From Podarcis bocagei (Eukaryota), in assembly GCA_964188305.1 (NCBI GenBank), contig OZ076895.1: 64,000 nucleotides of DNA. One strand, given 5' to 3'. Below the pieces are notes generated by a model that saw only the letters and a list, made by a program, of their open reading frames with translations, was not told where the DNA came from and searched no databases. The translations under genes and the position numbers were made by a program. Positions 13,596-24,831 of this stretch are shown one piece after another; position 1 is the first letter of the stretch; every line of letters begins with the position of its first letter.

Positions 13596-13712
13596 TATGA
13601 CTTTCCTCCTGCTATCATGCCTGTGGTGGACTCTGTAGATCCTGCATCATGGAGGCAGGGCTTACGTAAAACTGGCATTATTCTTGTTCCCAGTAAAGGT
13701 GAAAAGTCTCTG
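13596..13712 (+). CDS. PPP1R12A: Putative in-frame alternative cassette exon '9b' of MYPT1 (117 nt, 39 aa): YDFPPAIMPVVDSVDPASWRQGLRKTGIILVPSKGEKSL
   Basis: ctttag| acceptor, CTG|gtgagg donor, phase 0/0 like its neighbours, no stop; PASWRxGLRKTG shared with exon 10; TGCATG at 13788-13793. Confidence 0.82.
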
Positions 13713-15227
13713 GTGAGGGCTCTGTGTGTGGTTTCCCCCTCCAGGTTGCAAAATAACAAGTGTTAATTCAAATATTGGCACTGTAGCTGCATGATTTTAA
13801 ATGGTGTGTCTCTTTTGCATCTCATTGTTAATTTGTAGTTTATAGTGTAATGTTTACAAAGCTAACCTTTGAAAAGTTGATTTACCAAGTGTTTGGAATT
13901 TATTAACTTGCCCAGGAAATTGTGTGAGGTCTTGCTTCCTTTTCCACATACATACAATATACATCTATAGGGAATTTCATTTTGAAATATACCATGAAGC
14001 ATGGAATTCTGGAATTAAAAATACTGAGGTTGAGAATGTGTCTTTCTTCTGTGACCTCTGTATAGTCCCACTTTCTGCTGTGAGCAAACATAGGCCACCA
14101 TGTAGAAATTCTTAGGCTTTGACAGAAGTCACTTGCTTGTACCTATTACCTTGGCAGCCATGTTTGCCCTCATCTACATGATCCGAGGTTGGGTGAATGT
14201 CTTTAACTGCCACAAAATATTGCAGCTAGCAAGCTTTGCATTGTGTTACCTTGGATGACATGGCAGGTTCTGTATCTTTCTCCCAGTCCCCCCCCCCTCC
14301 CCTGCTATCTTATTTAACAGTTTAAATTAAATGACTTTTGGTGATAGGGCAGGTTTTAAGAAGTGTATACCTTGTAGTAAAGATAATTCCTTCCCTTGCC
14401 TCTATTTTGAGGAAGGCCACAACTTGGGCATTAGCAGATTTAATGAAGGATTCATGAAGGAGGCTTACTGGAACTTAGGTTTTGGGTCAGAGCACATTTC
14501 TGCAAGGAATATTAGTCACTGCTGAACAGAACACAGTGGTAAGCAGCAGGGTTCAGGGTGGATTTCTGTAGCAGCTGTGCAAAATCAAAGTTCATGTTGC
14601 TCTAAACCATGTTTCACAATGGACAACCACTGTGTTAGAGTACAAAGCTAAGTAAAAAGAGAGCTGTTCAGATGAATGGCTAGCATTCTTCCCCAATACC
14701 TAAACACACCAAAAGTGACTTTGCATCTGGGGCAGTGTTGGAATTCAATAAGAAGGGAGTGAAGCAATGCCAAGGCCCATTACTGCTTTCCCTGAGTCTA
14801 GAGTCCATGGTGGATGAATCTGTACTAGACAATGTTGCTTACTTGCTTGTCAAATGTGGGACTTCACAAAGATCACGAAGGAGATAACAGGGTTGCTTGT
14901 CTGTAATCCCTGTTCTCCAAGTGTGCTCTGTGCAGTTTCACATCCTACCCTCCTTCTCTAGCATAGAAACTCAACTTGTCTTAAAAATTACTTGTGGTTT
15001 GCTACCAGTGGTGATCTCATGTGAACTGCGGAGAAATACATTAGCCCCATGGTTCATGCTCACAAGGGCAAATATGTCAGCGAGAAGGGCACAGACATAC
15101 TCCATTCCTGTCAAAGTTGTGGAATTACTCATTTTGTGGCCTGTGTATGTACACTTCCAAATGTTTGACTGCACAGAGGACACTTGGAAGAACAAGACTT
15201 ACAGAAAAGCAACCCTGTGTTTTACAG

Positions 15228-15440
15228 TTCCCAACTTCAACTAAGGTTTCTCCCAAAGAAGAAGAGAGAAAAGATGAGTCTCCTGCTTCATGGAGACTAG
15301 GTCTTCGAAAGACTGGCAGTTATGGGGCACTGGCAGAGATTACAGCTAGCAAAGAAACACAGAAAGAAAAGGATTCGACAGGAGTTATGCGATCAGCTTC
15401 AAGCCCTAGATTGTCCTCTTCATTAGACAACAAAGACAAG
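15228..15440 (+). CDS. PPP1R12A: MYPT1 exon 10 (213 nt): FPTSTKVSPKEEERKDESPASWRLGLRKTGSYGALAEITASKETQKEKDSTGVMRSASSPRLSSSLDNKDK; includes the human S445- and S472/S473-equivalent phosphosites
   Basis: tttacag| acceptor, AAG|gtaaca donor; ORF 15117..15470. Confidence 0.96.
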
Positions 15441-16320
15441 GTAACATTTTTTCCAGAACACACGACATAATTAAATTATGGATGGTGATGGTTTTTTTAT
15501 TTTTTAAAAAAAGAAAGACCAGTGTCTGAAGATGATGAATTCCTTACCAAATTCTGACTTCCACATATCATGGAATAAAGTTTCTACTCCTAAAAGCTGT
15601 GAAGACAAATCATGAACTTATATGCCTAGTTCCTGGTGAAGTCTTAAGAGGCACTAGTAGTTGGTATGTGGTGTACCATGAAAGATTTCCGTTCATCAAA
15701 GACAGGGGTTCAGTGATCTTTGTATGTCTTTCTGCATTTTTCATCTAGTTCCTTGGGCAAAGTTTCTGGGGGGAAAGGATGTGCTTTCAAGAATGGTGTG
15801 GCATTTTTTCCATCCTTCAAATAGGAGATGCTTCCTAATGTGTGGTTACTCTGTGTACAAGGTTTAACTACTCTCTTTCTTTTTTTGTAGTAGATCACTT
15901 TCAGTGTAGTTCAGTGATGGGAAGGCCAGACTTTCCACACAACTTGTGTAGGAAGCATAATTCTGTACAATTATCTGTCATGTGTGTTAGGCTCTGTGTA
16001 ATTTAGTTCAGGTTTGACAACTAATTATTTGTTTTCTCAAATGCCAAAGTTTCTATTTGACATTGTTTACAGTAAAATATGTAAAGCGTAAGTGGCAGCC
16101 TCCCTTTAGAAGATTTATTGCTAGATGCTTATTTTTACGCATGAACTAGAAACAGTGTGCCTGTTTTAACACTTTTTCGCTATATGGCCCATAAATTGAT
16201 GGGAGCGTGTGTTTGTGTAATTAAAATTGGGGTCATGTTGGCTACACATGCAGTTGACCTTTCAAAAATCGCAATCGTAAGTCAAACTTGTAAACTTTGT
16301 AAAAAAAATTTCTCTTGCAG

Positions 16321-16538
16321 GATAAAGATACAAAAGGAACTAGGCTTGCATATGTTGCTCCTACAATTCCAAGACGGCTGGCCAGTACATCTGACATTGA
16401 AGAGAAAGAAAACAGGGATACGTCAGCCAGTTTAATACGTGGTAGTGGTTCTTACACAAGAAGAAAATGGGAAGAAGATGCAAAGAAAAATATCTCAAAT
16501 GAAGGATCTTCACCACTAAACACAACCTATCAAAGAAG
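16321..16538 (+). CDS. PPP1R12A: MYPT1 exon 11+12 as one 218-nt exon: DKDTKGTRLAYVAPTIPRRLASTSDIEEKENR/DTSASLIRGSGSYTRRKWEEDAKKNISNEGSSPLNTTYQR
   Basis: ttgcag| acceptor, AG|gtaaat donor; continuous reading frame (ORF 16315..16542). Confidence 0.93.
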
Positions 16539-17358
16539 GTAAATAGTGTATGTTTTGTAGATGTTAAAAGTATAAAGAATTCCAGGTATTTTTATAGAAC
16601 TACATGGTGGTACATAATGAATTTTATACTGTCTGCATTTTCAAATAATAATATAAAGGACAGCAATATTTGTGTTCTTAAAAGGTTTTATACATTAGCT
16701 ATTTATTTACCTGAAAATGGCGAGAGCTGTTTTATTATTATACCTTAATTGGATAAACACTACAAAGCCATCAGCTGAAAGAGGAAATCAGTGTTTGAGG
16801 AAATATGGTTCTGGTGCTTTCCAATCCCAAATGGATGAGGACTGCTAGTCACAGCTTCCTCAGTTATTTGCTTCCAGAAAAGCTGCACTTTCAGTTCTTA
16901 GAACAGCTTCCTTGTTGCCTCTTAATACCAAACTGTTCATGAAGCAACTGTGGCAGCATCCTTGCCCTTCAGTGATGGTCATGCTCGGTGTGAGTAAGTG
17001 ATGTCTAAGACTCAGTTTGGCTCATATATTTTAGTTGATGATACTTTTAATCAGCAATTAGATTTTCTGTATGTAAGTGATGGGCTGTAATAGCAACAAC
17101 ACAGTGCTATTAAGTGTACCTATAAGACTGCAAGCAGATATATTGGTATGATGTTAAAATTGGGTATACAATCTTTGTAGTCTTTTTATGGAAATGAGAG
17201 GGAAATTAGAGTTCTTGTAATTATGCTTAACTTTTTTTACAAATATCTGGAGCTATTTAGTAGATGGAAATCGAGGGCCCATCAAAGAAGAATGGATGGT
17301 GATTTATAACTTAATAAATACACAGTGCTTATTTTTGTAAATTCAAATGACTTTTCAG

Positions 17359-17526
17359 TGGTTCCTTTGGTAGAAGACAAGATGACTTGATTAGTTCTAG
17401 TATTCCAAGTATTACGTCAGTATCAACAGTTACCTCCCCCGCTGGTCTTCAGAAAAGCCTGCTTTCCAGCACAAGCACTGCTACAAAGGTTACAACGGGT
17501 TCAGCAACAGCAGGCATACAAAGCAG
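17359..17526 (+). CDS. PPP1R12A: MYPT1 exon 13 (168 nt), Ser/Thr-rich central region: GSFGRRQDDLISSSIPSITSVSTVTSPAGLQKSLLSSTSTATKVTTGSATAGIQS
   Basis: ttttcag| acceptor, AG|gtggga donor; ORF 17387..17596. Confidence 0.94.
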
Positions 17527-17932
17527 GTGGGACCATCAATGTTGTTTGTGTTATGTCCACTGTGTGCTTTATGTATGTGCATGCATTTTTGTGTAGAAGG
17601 TACTGGGCTCTGGATTTTTTTCATTTTTGCTGTTACCTGTGGTCAGTATGTAATCTGGCTCAAAATGAAGCTTGCATTATAAAGCAATAGCTATGCATGT
17701 CTGTAAACAGGTAAAAAATAATATATAGGAATGGGGTGAAAATACAGTCAAAGCTTTACTTTTAGTAAAGCTCCCCAGGAGCTATGTAGATACTTCTGTA
17801 GCAAAACCAGTTTCAAATTTGTATTTTAAAAAAGAAAAAATCCATCCCTTTGTATCACACTGTTTTAGTAAAGTGCTTTCATTGTTTAGCTGTTTCCTTT
17901 TCTCTTTTTGTGTTGTTGCTATGATGCTATAG

Positions 17933-18106
17933 TACCTCAAATCGTTTATGGGCTGAGGATAGTACTGAGAGAGACAAAGACAATGTTCCTACGGCAGTGA
18001 CCGTTCCTGTTGCACCATCAGTTGTAAATACTGCGACTACCACAGCCTTGACTACAACTACTTCTGGCACTGTGTCCTCAACTTCAGAGGTCAGGGAGAG
18101 ACGCAG
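17933..18106 (+). CDS. PPP1R12A: MYPT1 exon 14 (174 nt): TSNRLWAEDSTERDKDNVPTAVTVPVAPSVVNTATTTALTTTTSGTVSSTSEVRERR
   Basis: gctatag| acceptor, AG|gtgtgt donor; hand translation. Confidence 0.94.
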
Positions 18107-19791
18107 GTGTGTAAAAGTTCTGAGAATGATACTTCACTTGTGCTGTGATTCATTAGTGTGAGGTGAACAAATGCCTACTCACAAAAGATGCATTAATACA
18201 ATTGTAGATACGTTGATATTTTGCCCACATGTAATATATGTGATGGGAAACATGTAGACAATCCTCAGCTTCCATCATCATCATCACCATCATCATCATC
18301 AAAAATTTATTATTTATACCCCACCCATCTGGCTGGGTTTCCCTAGCTACTCTGGGTGGCTTCCAACAAAAAATCAAAAATACAATAGAACAGGGAATAC
18401 AATTTTAAAAATGGGAAGTCATTTTTCATCTTCCCTGTTCACCTAGTTCCCATGGTTCTATGCCACTTTTAAAAAAAAACAACTAAGGTAGAGAGTGGTA
18501 TGCATGTTCAGTGTCTCCACATTTACAGCAGTTCTTTATCTGTAGAGAATTGAGAGAAGTTTTTCAGTTTCATGAATTGTGAGAAGAATTTATCAGCTGT
18601 TTAGATGGGAAGAACGGTTTCCAAACATATAAGATTCTGGTCAATATGGAAACACCATATGTATTTAAACCGTGATAAACATAAATGCAACAAGTTGTCC
18701 ATGTCAGTGTCTGAGAGTACCTTTTCTTCTACATTGCTGTTTTTATGTTTTCTGGTTTTTCCTGTGGAAATGTGTCGTTTGGGCCCCAAATCCCTTTTGT
18801 CATCTTTCTTCCCAAGTGACTTTGTGTGTTAAGGAAAATGCTATGGTTTGAACTTGCTGTGCATTTCCCCTCTCAGAAATAAGAAAAAGAAGGCAAAAAG
18901 GCTGCTGTAATGCCTGTAAATACATGTCAGTAGATGTATCAGGTACTCTAGATATAGAAAGTGGCGCACAATATCTCTTTAGGAAGTGGCCTTCGATACA
19001 GAAAGCCAAGTATTCTATTTTGAAGAATGGTCAAAGCAGCCCAAAGTGTCATATTAGGGACCATTTGATCTTGCCAAACAAACAAACAAACCTGCCTGTC
19101 CACTGACCTCACAAAATATTCTAGGGAGGCAGAGAAGAGGATGTATATTTTGGTGTGGAGAAGAAGAGACACCAGAATTTAGAATAAACCTAGGCCTTTT
19201 CAAAGTATATATACACAAACCAGCTTATCTTCCTGTCTCATTCATCTGAAGATGTAGGTTGTTATTCTGAAAGCCCATGCCCTTTAACCTATTATGTTTT
19301 TAAGGTGTGGCAATGTTCTTAGTTTGTTCTGGCATAAATGCACACAAACATGAATGCTCTGAGACTGCATTCTTAGTTCCTTTTAAAGATCAATTTAATG
19401 TGGAAGACAAATCAAGTATTGCCACAATGCACATTGTATGCTTTGAAGAAGGATCGTGTCTGGAAATAATAGGAATAAAGTTGGCGAACCAGGCAACTTT
19501 ATTCATTAAAAGTTGCATAATATATCTAGGATTAAATGCAAGGTGTATGTAATGACTAAATTTTATTGCAACAAGTGTGGGTTTTTTTAAAACATATACT
19601 ATAGTTAAAAAGCCTGAGAGGAGCTGAAAAAGCAAGGAAGTTCAAAATTCAGGCATTCAGTTTCTTTCTTCACTCTCACCAGTGTGTCAAGGTTTTGCAT
19701 GTGTGTTGCACAGGATGAAATAACACATTTAGATTTCTGTTGGTGGTCTAAATTACCTTGATTTTTAAAATGTGTTGTCCAGAAGGTGCCT

Positions 19792-20900
19792 ACCTCCTCT
19801 TTGAATTCTGTGGTTTTACATATGAAGATGTAATAACAATCATCTGTTCCTTATCAGGTCTTGAGATTAGGTAAATACAACCTCAAATGAACAACAACAC
19901 GTGATATTGTGCCATGTCATTATTTATTTAACAGAAATAAAGCCAAAATGGAAAAGCCATGTGTGGAAAAACTAACCATGGTGGTTCTACAAGCTATTGA
20001 ATCGTAAGGTGTACGTAGTTTTCCACACATGGCTAAACATGGCGCTGTGCATTATGGCCAAACATCTCCACTTTGGTCTCATCCGTCCAAAAGACATTGT
20101 TCCAGAAGTCTAGTGGTTTGTTCAGGTGCAACTTTGCAAACCAAAGCCATGTTGCTATGTTCTTTTTAGAGAGACAAGGCTTTCTCCTGGAAACCCTTCC
20201 AAACAAACCATGCTTGTTCAGTCTTTTTCTAATTGAATTGTCACGAACTTTTAACATGCTAACTGAGGCTTGTAGAGCCTGAGATGTAACTCTTGGGGTT
20301 TTTGCAATTTCTCTGAGCATTGCGCTATCTTACCTTTGGGTGAATTTGCTGGGACGTCCGCTCCTGAAATGATTGGGAACTGTATTGAATGTATTCCACT
20401 TTTGAAAATCTTTCTCACTGTAGAATGAGGGACTTAACATTGGTTGGAGATGGCCTTGGAACCCTTCAGAGTTTCATGGGCAGCAGCACTTGCTTCTCTA
20501 AGAGCATGGTGTCATATTTCCTCCTTGGCACTGTGTTAAAATACACCTGAATGCTCCAGACCAACAGACTGCCCAAACCCCAGCTTTTATAGAGGTGGGC
20601 ACACTTGCTGCTGTTCAAATAAGCAAGGGCATATGATTAGCAGCCCCTGTCTGCTACTTAGCCTCTTGATTGCTATGGCAGCAGTAAGGGTGTACTTCAT
20701 TTTTCCACACGATTCCTCCATCTTGACTTTATTTCTGTTAAATAAATCATGACACGTTGTAATGGGTCATGAATTATTGTTCATACGAGGTTGTATTTAC
20801 CTAATTTTAAGGCCTGGTAAAGAACAAATGGTTGCTATTACGTCCCGATATGTAAAACCACAGAATTCAAGGAGGGTGCACTTTCTTTTTCCCATGACTG
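19792..20900 (-). mobile_element. Internally deleted Tc1-like DNA transposon with long (~200 bp) inverted repeats and a transposase remnant
   Basis: ORF 20033..20320(-) gives Tc1 HTH plus the start of the DDE domain (FWNNVFWTDETKVEMFG); ~19792-19975 is the inverted repeat of ~20697-20880; right end ...catgactg|ta; left tip missing. Confidence 0.9.
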
Positions 20901-22082
20901 TACATAGTGGCAGTTATTACATGGTCCCAAAGTAGTTCAATTTATTCATTCAGAGTTCAGTGTTTGATTATGTGAGTTTGTTGGCTGCTTAGAATAACCT
21001 AGGATGACAAAATTGCCTACTGCTAAGAATATGTTGAGGAGTGTTTGTTTGCTCTTCCTATTTCCCCACTTTCTTTAAATGGTCATACTTTAAATGGTCA
21101 TAGCTGAGGCAAAGGTTATGAGGCATAAACATAATAGCCAACTGTAAAGCTTAATGCATTTATGTATGTATGTTAGTGCAGTATACTTAACACTTATGAC
21201 ACTTGGGTGTCTGGTATCTTTAAGATATCTCATCTAAAGCAGGGCAGAAAATAAATGAAAGGAAGTGGCACAGCAAAATGTTCAGAAATGTGCATACCAT
21301 AAGCTTTCTGGATGAGCTGAATACTTTGTTAATGTCTATCAAGATGTGTTCTCCTTATGTTAGACATTAATTTGAAGGTGGTATTTGGGGTAATTCGAGA
21401 AATGTTTACTTTATAAATAATGAGGTCTCTTTTTACTATTTAGCTTAGTGCCCTGACAGGCTTTCCCCCATTAAATTTAAAGTCAGGAAAGGGTAGTCTG
21501 TTCCAGCAGGTTGGATTCAACAAGTCCTGACCTACAATCACAATTGGGTTCTGGTTTGTTAAGTAAGTACATGTAGAATGAACCAGTTTCCTGAGTTTGA
21601 ACATAGTTATGGTTTATTCAAAAACCCGAAGGGATTATCCAGTTGTTTCTTACGGTTAAAGGAGAGATGAGGAGCAAGCTTGTTGCAACACATTCTTGTA
21701 ATTGGGAATCATGATATCCCATTGCATCTAAACTAGACCATTGCTGTAGAATCCTTGCTTGATTGAGTGTTGAGAGATCTAATAGTATGAAATGATGTTT
21801 TTAAAACCAGTTTTGTAAAGCAGCAACACTTCAAGTTGGTTGTAAATAAAAACATTTGCTAGTATAGTTCATCAGCAACTAGTTCACTTGGAGTACCATT
21901 TGGAGGGAATAATAAAGACTCCCACACCTACATCCCATAGCCAGTTACCATGAACTCATTAAAAGCACTGTTGCATCTGTATTAGAAAGTGGCAGGTAAT
22001 ACCTCTCAGAAGGCTCAGTTTGATCCTGGGTATTTCTGTTGCTGATCCTTAGGTTAAAGTGCTGACTTGATATTGTAATGTA

Positions 22083-22960
22083 CCGTATTTTTCGCCCCAT
22101 AAGACGCACTTTTTCCCCTCCAAAAATGAAGGGGAAATCGGGGTGCGTCTTATGGGGCGAATGCCTGCAAGCCTCGCGCGCCCGGCAGGAGGTCCGACCG
22201 GGTGCGCGAGGCTTGGGGCGGCAGCCTGTCGCCCGAAGCACGGGGAGCCCTCTGGAGGGCTCCCCCTGCTTCGGGCGAGTGTCTGCAAGCCTCGCGCACC
22301 CGGCAGGAGGTCCCACCGGGTGCGCGAGGCTTGGGGCGGCAGCGGACTGCTTGCGCGCACCGAGAAGCTTGGGGCGGGCTGAGCTCAGCTGGCCCCAAGC
22401 TTCTCGGTGCGCGCAAGCAGTCCGCTGCCGCCCCAAGCCTCCCGCACCCGGCAGGAGGTCCCGCTGGGTGCGCGAGGCTTGGGGCGGCAGCGGACTGCTT
22501 GCGCGCACCTAGAAGCTTGGGGCCGGCTGAGCTCAGCTGGCCCCAAGCTTCTAGGTGCGCGCAAGCAGTCCGCTGCCGCCCCAAGCCTCGCGCACCCGGC
22601 GGGACCTCCTGCCGGGTGCGGGAGGCTTGGGGCGGCAGCGGACTGCTTGCCGGCATGCAGAAGCTTGGGGCGTGCTGAGCTCAGCACGCCCCAAGCTTCT
22701 AGGTGCGCGCAAGCAGTCCGCTGCCGCCCCAAGCCTTGCGCACCCAGCGGGACCTCCTGCCGGGTGCGGGAGGCTTGGGGCGGCAGCGGACTGCTTGCCG
22801 GCACGCAGAAGCTTGGGGCGCGCTGACCTCAGCTTGCCCCAAGCTTCTGGATTAGCGCAGCGCACCTGGGGGGGAAATAAATTTTTTTCCCTTTATTTCC
22901 CCCCCCTAAAATCTAGGTGCGTCTTATGGGCCGGTGCGTCTTATGGGGCGAAAAATACGG
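22083..22960. mobile_element. Young 878-bp non-autonomous pogo/Tc2-like element with perfect 27-bp TIRs, TA duplication and an internal GC-rich palindromic array
   Basis: ta|ccgtatttttcgccccataagacgcac ... gtgcgtcttatggggcgaaaaatacgg|ta; extra subterminal gtgcgtcttatggg copies. Confidence 0.92.
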
Positions 22961-23197
22961 TAATTGTATTATCAGAATATGAAGAGCTTGTATGTGCTCA
23001 GTGCAGAATTACACCAAAACGCAAGCAGTGATCTTGTTGCCACAAAAGAACCTTGTTATTGTTTGAAACCTTCAGTTTCCTGATTTAGTTGTGACTTAAC
23101 CAAGAGGCTTCGGTTGCTCCTTTTTCTATCAAATTATTTTCAAAAAATGCAATTACTTTATACATTGATTACTAGCTAGCAAATCTTTTAACTCCAG

Positions 23198-23288
23198 GTC
23201 ATACCTCACTCCAGTTCGGGATGAAGAATCTGAATCCCAAAGAAAAGCTAGATCAAGGCAAGCAAGGCAGTCCAGAAGATCCACTCAG
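23198..23288 (+). CDS. PPP1R12A: MYPT1 exon 15 (91 nt): SYLTPVRDEESESQRKARSRQARQSRRSTQ; includes S668, S695 and the inhibitory ROCK site T696 (human numbering)
   Basis: actccag| acceptor, CAG|gtacag donor; canonical RQSRRSTQ motif. Confidence 0.97.
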
Positions 23289-24054
23289 GTACAGTGATCA
23301 TATATGTTATATTTAGGGGATACACTGACGGTACAATACCTATGAATTGGTTTCTGTTCATAGAGGAAGAGAGAGAATGAAAATATGAAAATGGAAGTAT
23401 GTAATAATATACAGGCAACTCGCAGCTTTATGCGAGGGTTTCATGTGTAAACCCAAAATCATGTGAAGCCAGAAACCCCCAGAACTCCCCATCCCTGCAT
23501 GCCCTTCTGGAACAGGCCTTTCCCTCTGCCCTACTGGGCTCTAGGCGTGTTCCAGGACCCTCACACAACTTTCCCAGAGGAAAGTATTATCATTTATTTA
23601 TTTTTTAGTGCAACAGAGAGATACATCTCCTCTTCAGAAAAGCAAGTTAAGTATTTGCATTCTGACTTTAATCTACATATCCACATGCACACAATTCGTT
23701 CTGGGCTAGGAAAATATATTTTCCCCAAAGCATGCAATCAGGGGAAAAGTTTTTTTAAAGCATCCATTTATTTTTATCACATAAAATACCATCCCTTCCA
23801 GTTATTTTGAAACAGCATTAAAAATACAAGGGGAAAGCTTTTAGATGCTATGAAAAATGAGGTCGAAACAAACAAGAAAGAATGAACTATGAGATTAGGA
23901 AATGGGGTGTAGCCTCAGGTTTTGTTTTGTTTTTTGTTTTTTTTACAAAATACCATTTACCTTTAATATGTTATTGTTGGAATGTCAGCAGAAGTCAAAT
24001 TAGATACTGGAGACTTGACATGTTATCCTTTTTGGGGGTGCAATTCTTCTAAAG

Positions 24055-24252
24055 GGGGTAACGCTGACTGATCTTCAAGAAGCCGAAAAAACTATTGGCA
24101 GAAGTCGTGGTACACGAACCAGAGAGCAAGAAAATGAAGAAAAAGAAAAGGAGGAAAAAGAAAAACAGGACAAAGAAAAACAAGAAGAAAAGAAAGAATC
24201 TGAATCTAAAGATGATGATTATAGACAAAGATACACACGGACCATAGAGGAG
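24055..24252 (+). CDS. PPP1R12A: MYPT1 exon 16 (198 nt): GVTLTDLQEAEKTIGRSRGTRTREQENEEKEKEEKEKQDKEKQEEKKESESKDDDYRQRYTRTIEE
   Basis: ctaaag| acceptor, GAG|gtattt donor; hand translation. Confidence 0.96.
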
Positions 24253-24680
24253 GTATTTCATGTTTCTCTTATTGCACAGGCATGAATCGGCCAACTGTGC
24301 TTCAAATGCTAGGCACAGCTGGATTTTATCCCCAGTGAATGCATTAGAGTGGGAACTTCTGCACTCAGGTCCACCGACCAGGCTCTGCCCCATTGGCTGC
24401 CCATAATTGGGCAATTTAAACTTTAGTCTTGGTGAGCTATCACACCCTGCAATGCAGCTGGTCAGGGAATTTACAATGGCTGGCTGTTGGGGATGTGACT
24501 CCTAATTGCCCTGGGAATGAAGGGCAGCTTGCAAGGGGCTGCAACTGCCACTCATGCGGAGCAGGGTAGGCGGCCATTCTGAAATTGTAGGAGGTAGCTT
24601 ACTTGATGAAAATGATTTAATCTGCATTTCTATGCTTCCTAATATTTCAAAACTGATATGGACTTCTCCCTGTTGATTAG

Positions 24681-24831
24681 CCATATCATCGCTATAGAAC
24701 TACACCTTCAACTACTTCATCAACTTCTTCAGTTGCCACATCTAGTTCTTCAAGCCAACTAAACAGACCAAACAGCCTTATAGGTATAACTTCTGCTTAC
24801 TCCAGAAGTGGAGCAAAGGAAAATGAGAGAG
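24681..24831 (+). CDS. PPP1R12A: MYPT1 exon 17 (151 nt): PYHRYRTTPSTTSSTSSVATSSSSSQLNRPNSLIGITSAYSRSGAKENER
   Basis: gattag| acceptor, G|gtaagg donor; conserved QLNRPNSL-GITSAYSR. Confidence 0.93.

Noticed and set aside
15117-15227. Open frame with ATG upstream of exon 10 (possible internal start)
   Set aside because: No promoter features or recognisable peptide; normal acceptor at 15227 explains the region
22300-22860. CRISPR-like regularly spaced repeats
   Set aside because: Eukaryotic intron, no unique spacers, no cas genes; bounded by transposon TIRs
21945-23031. Ten overlapping 79-187 aa ORFs on both strands
   Set aside because: Artefacts of the GC-rich palindromic repeat inside a MITE; same peptides recur on both strands and no domain is recognisable
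24049-24414. Phe-rich antisense ORF
   Set aside because: Reverse complement of the Glu/Lys-rich MYPT1 exon 16
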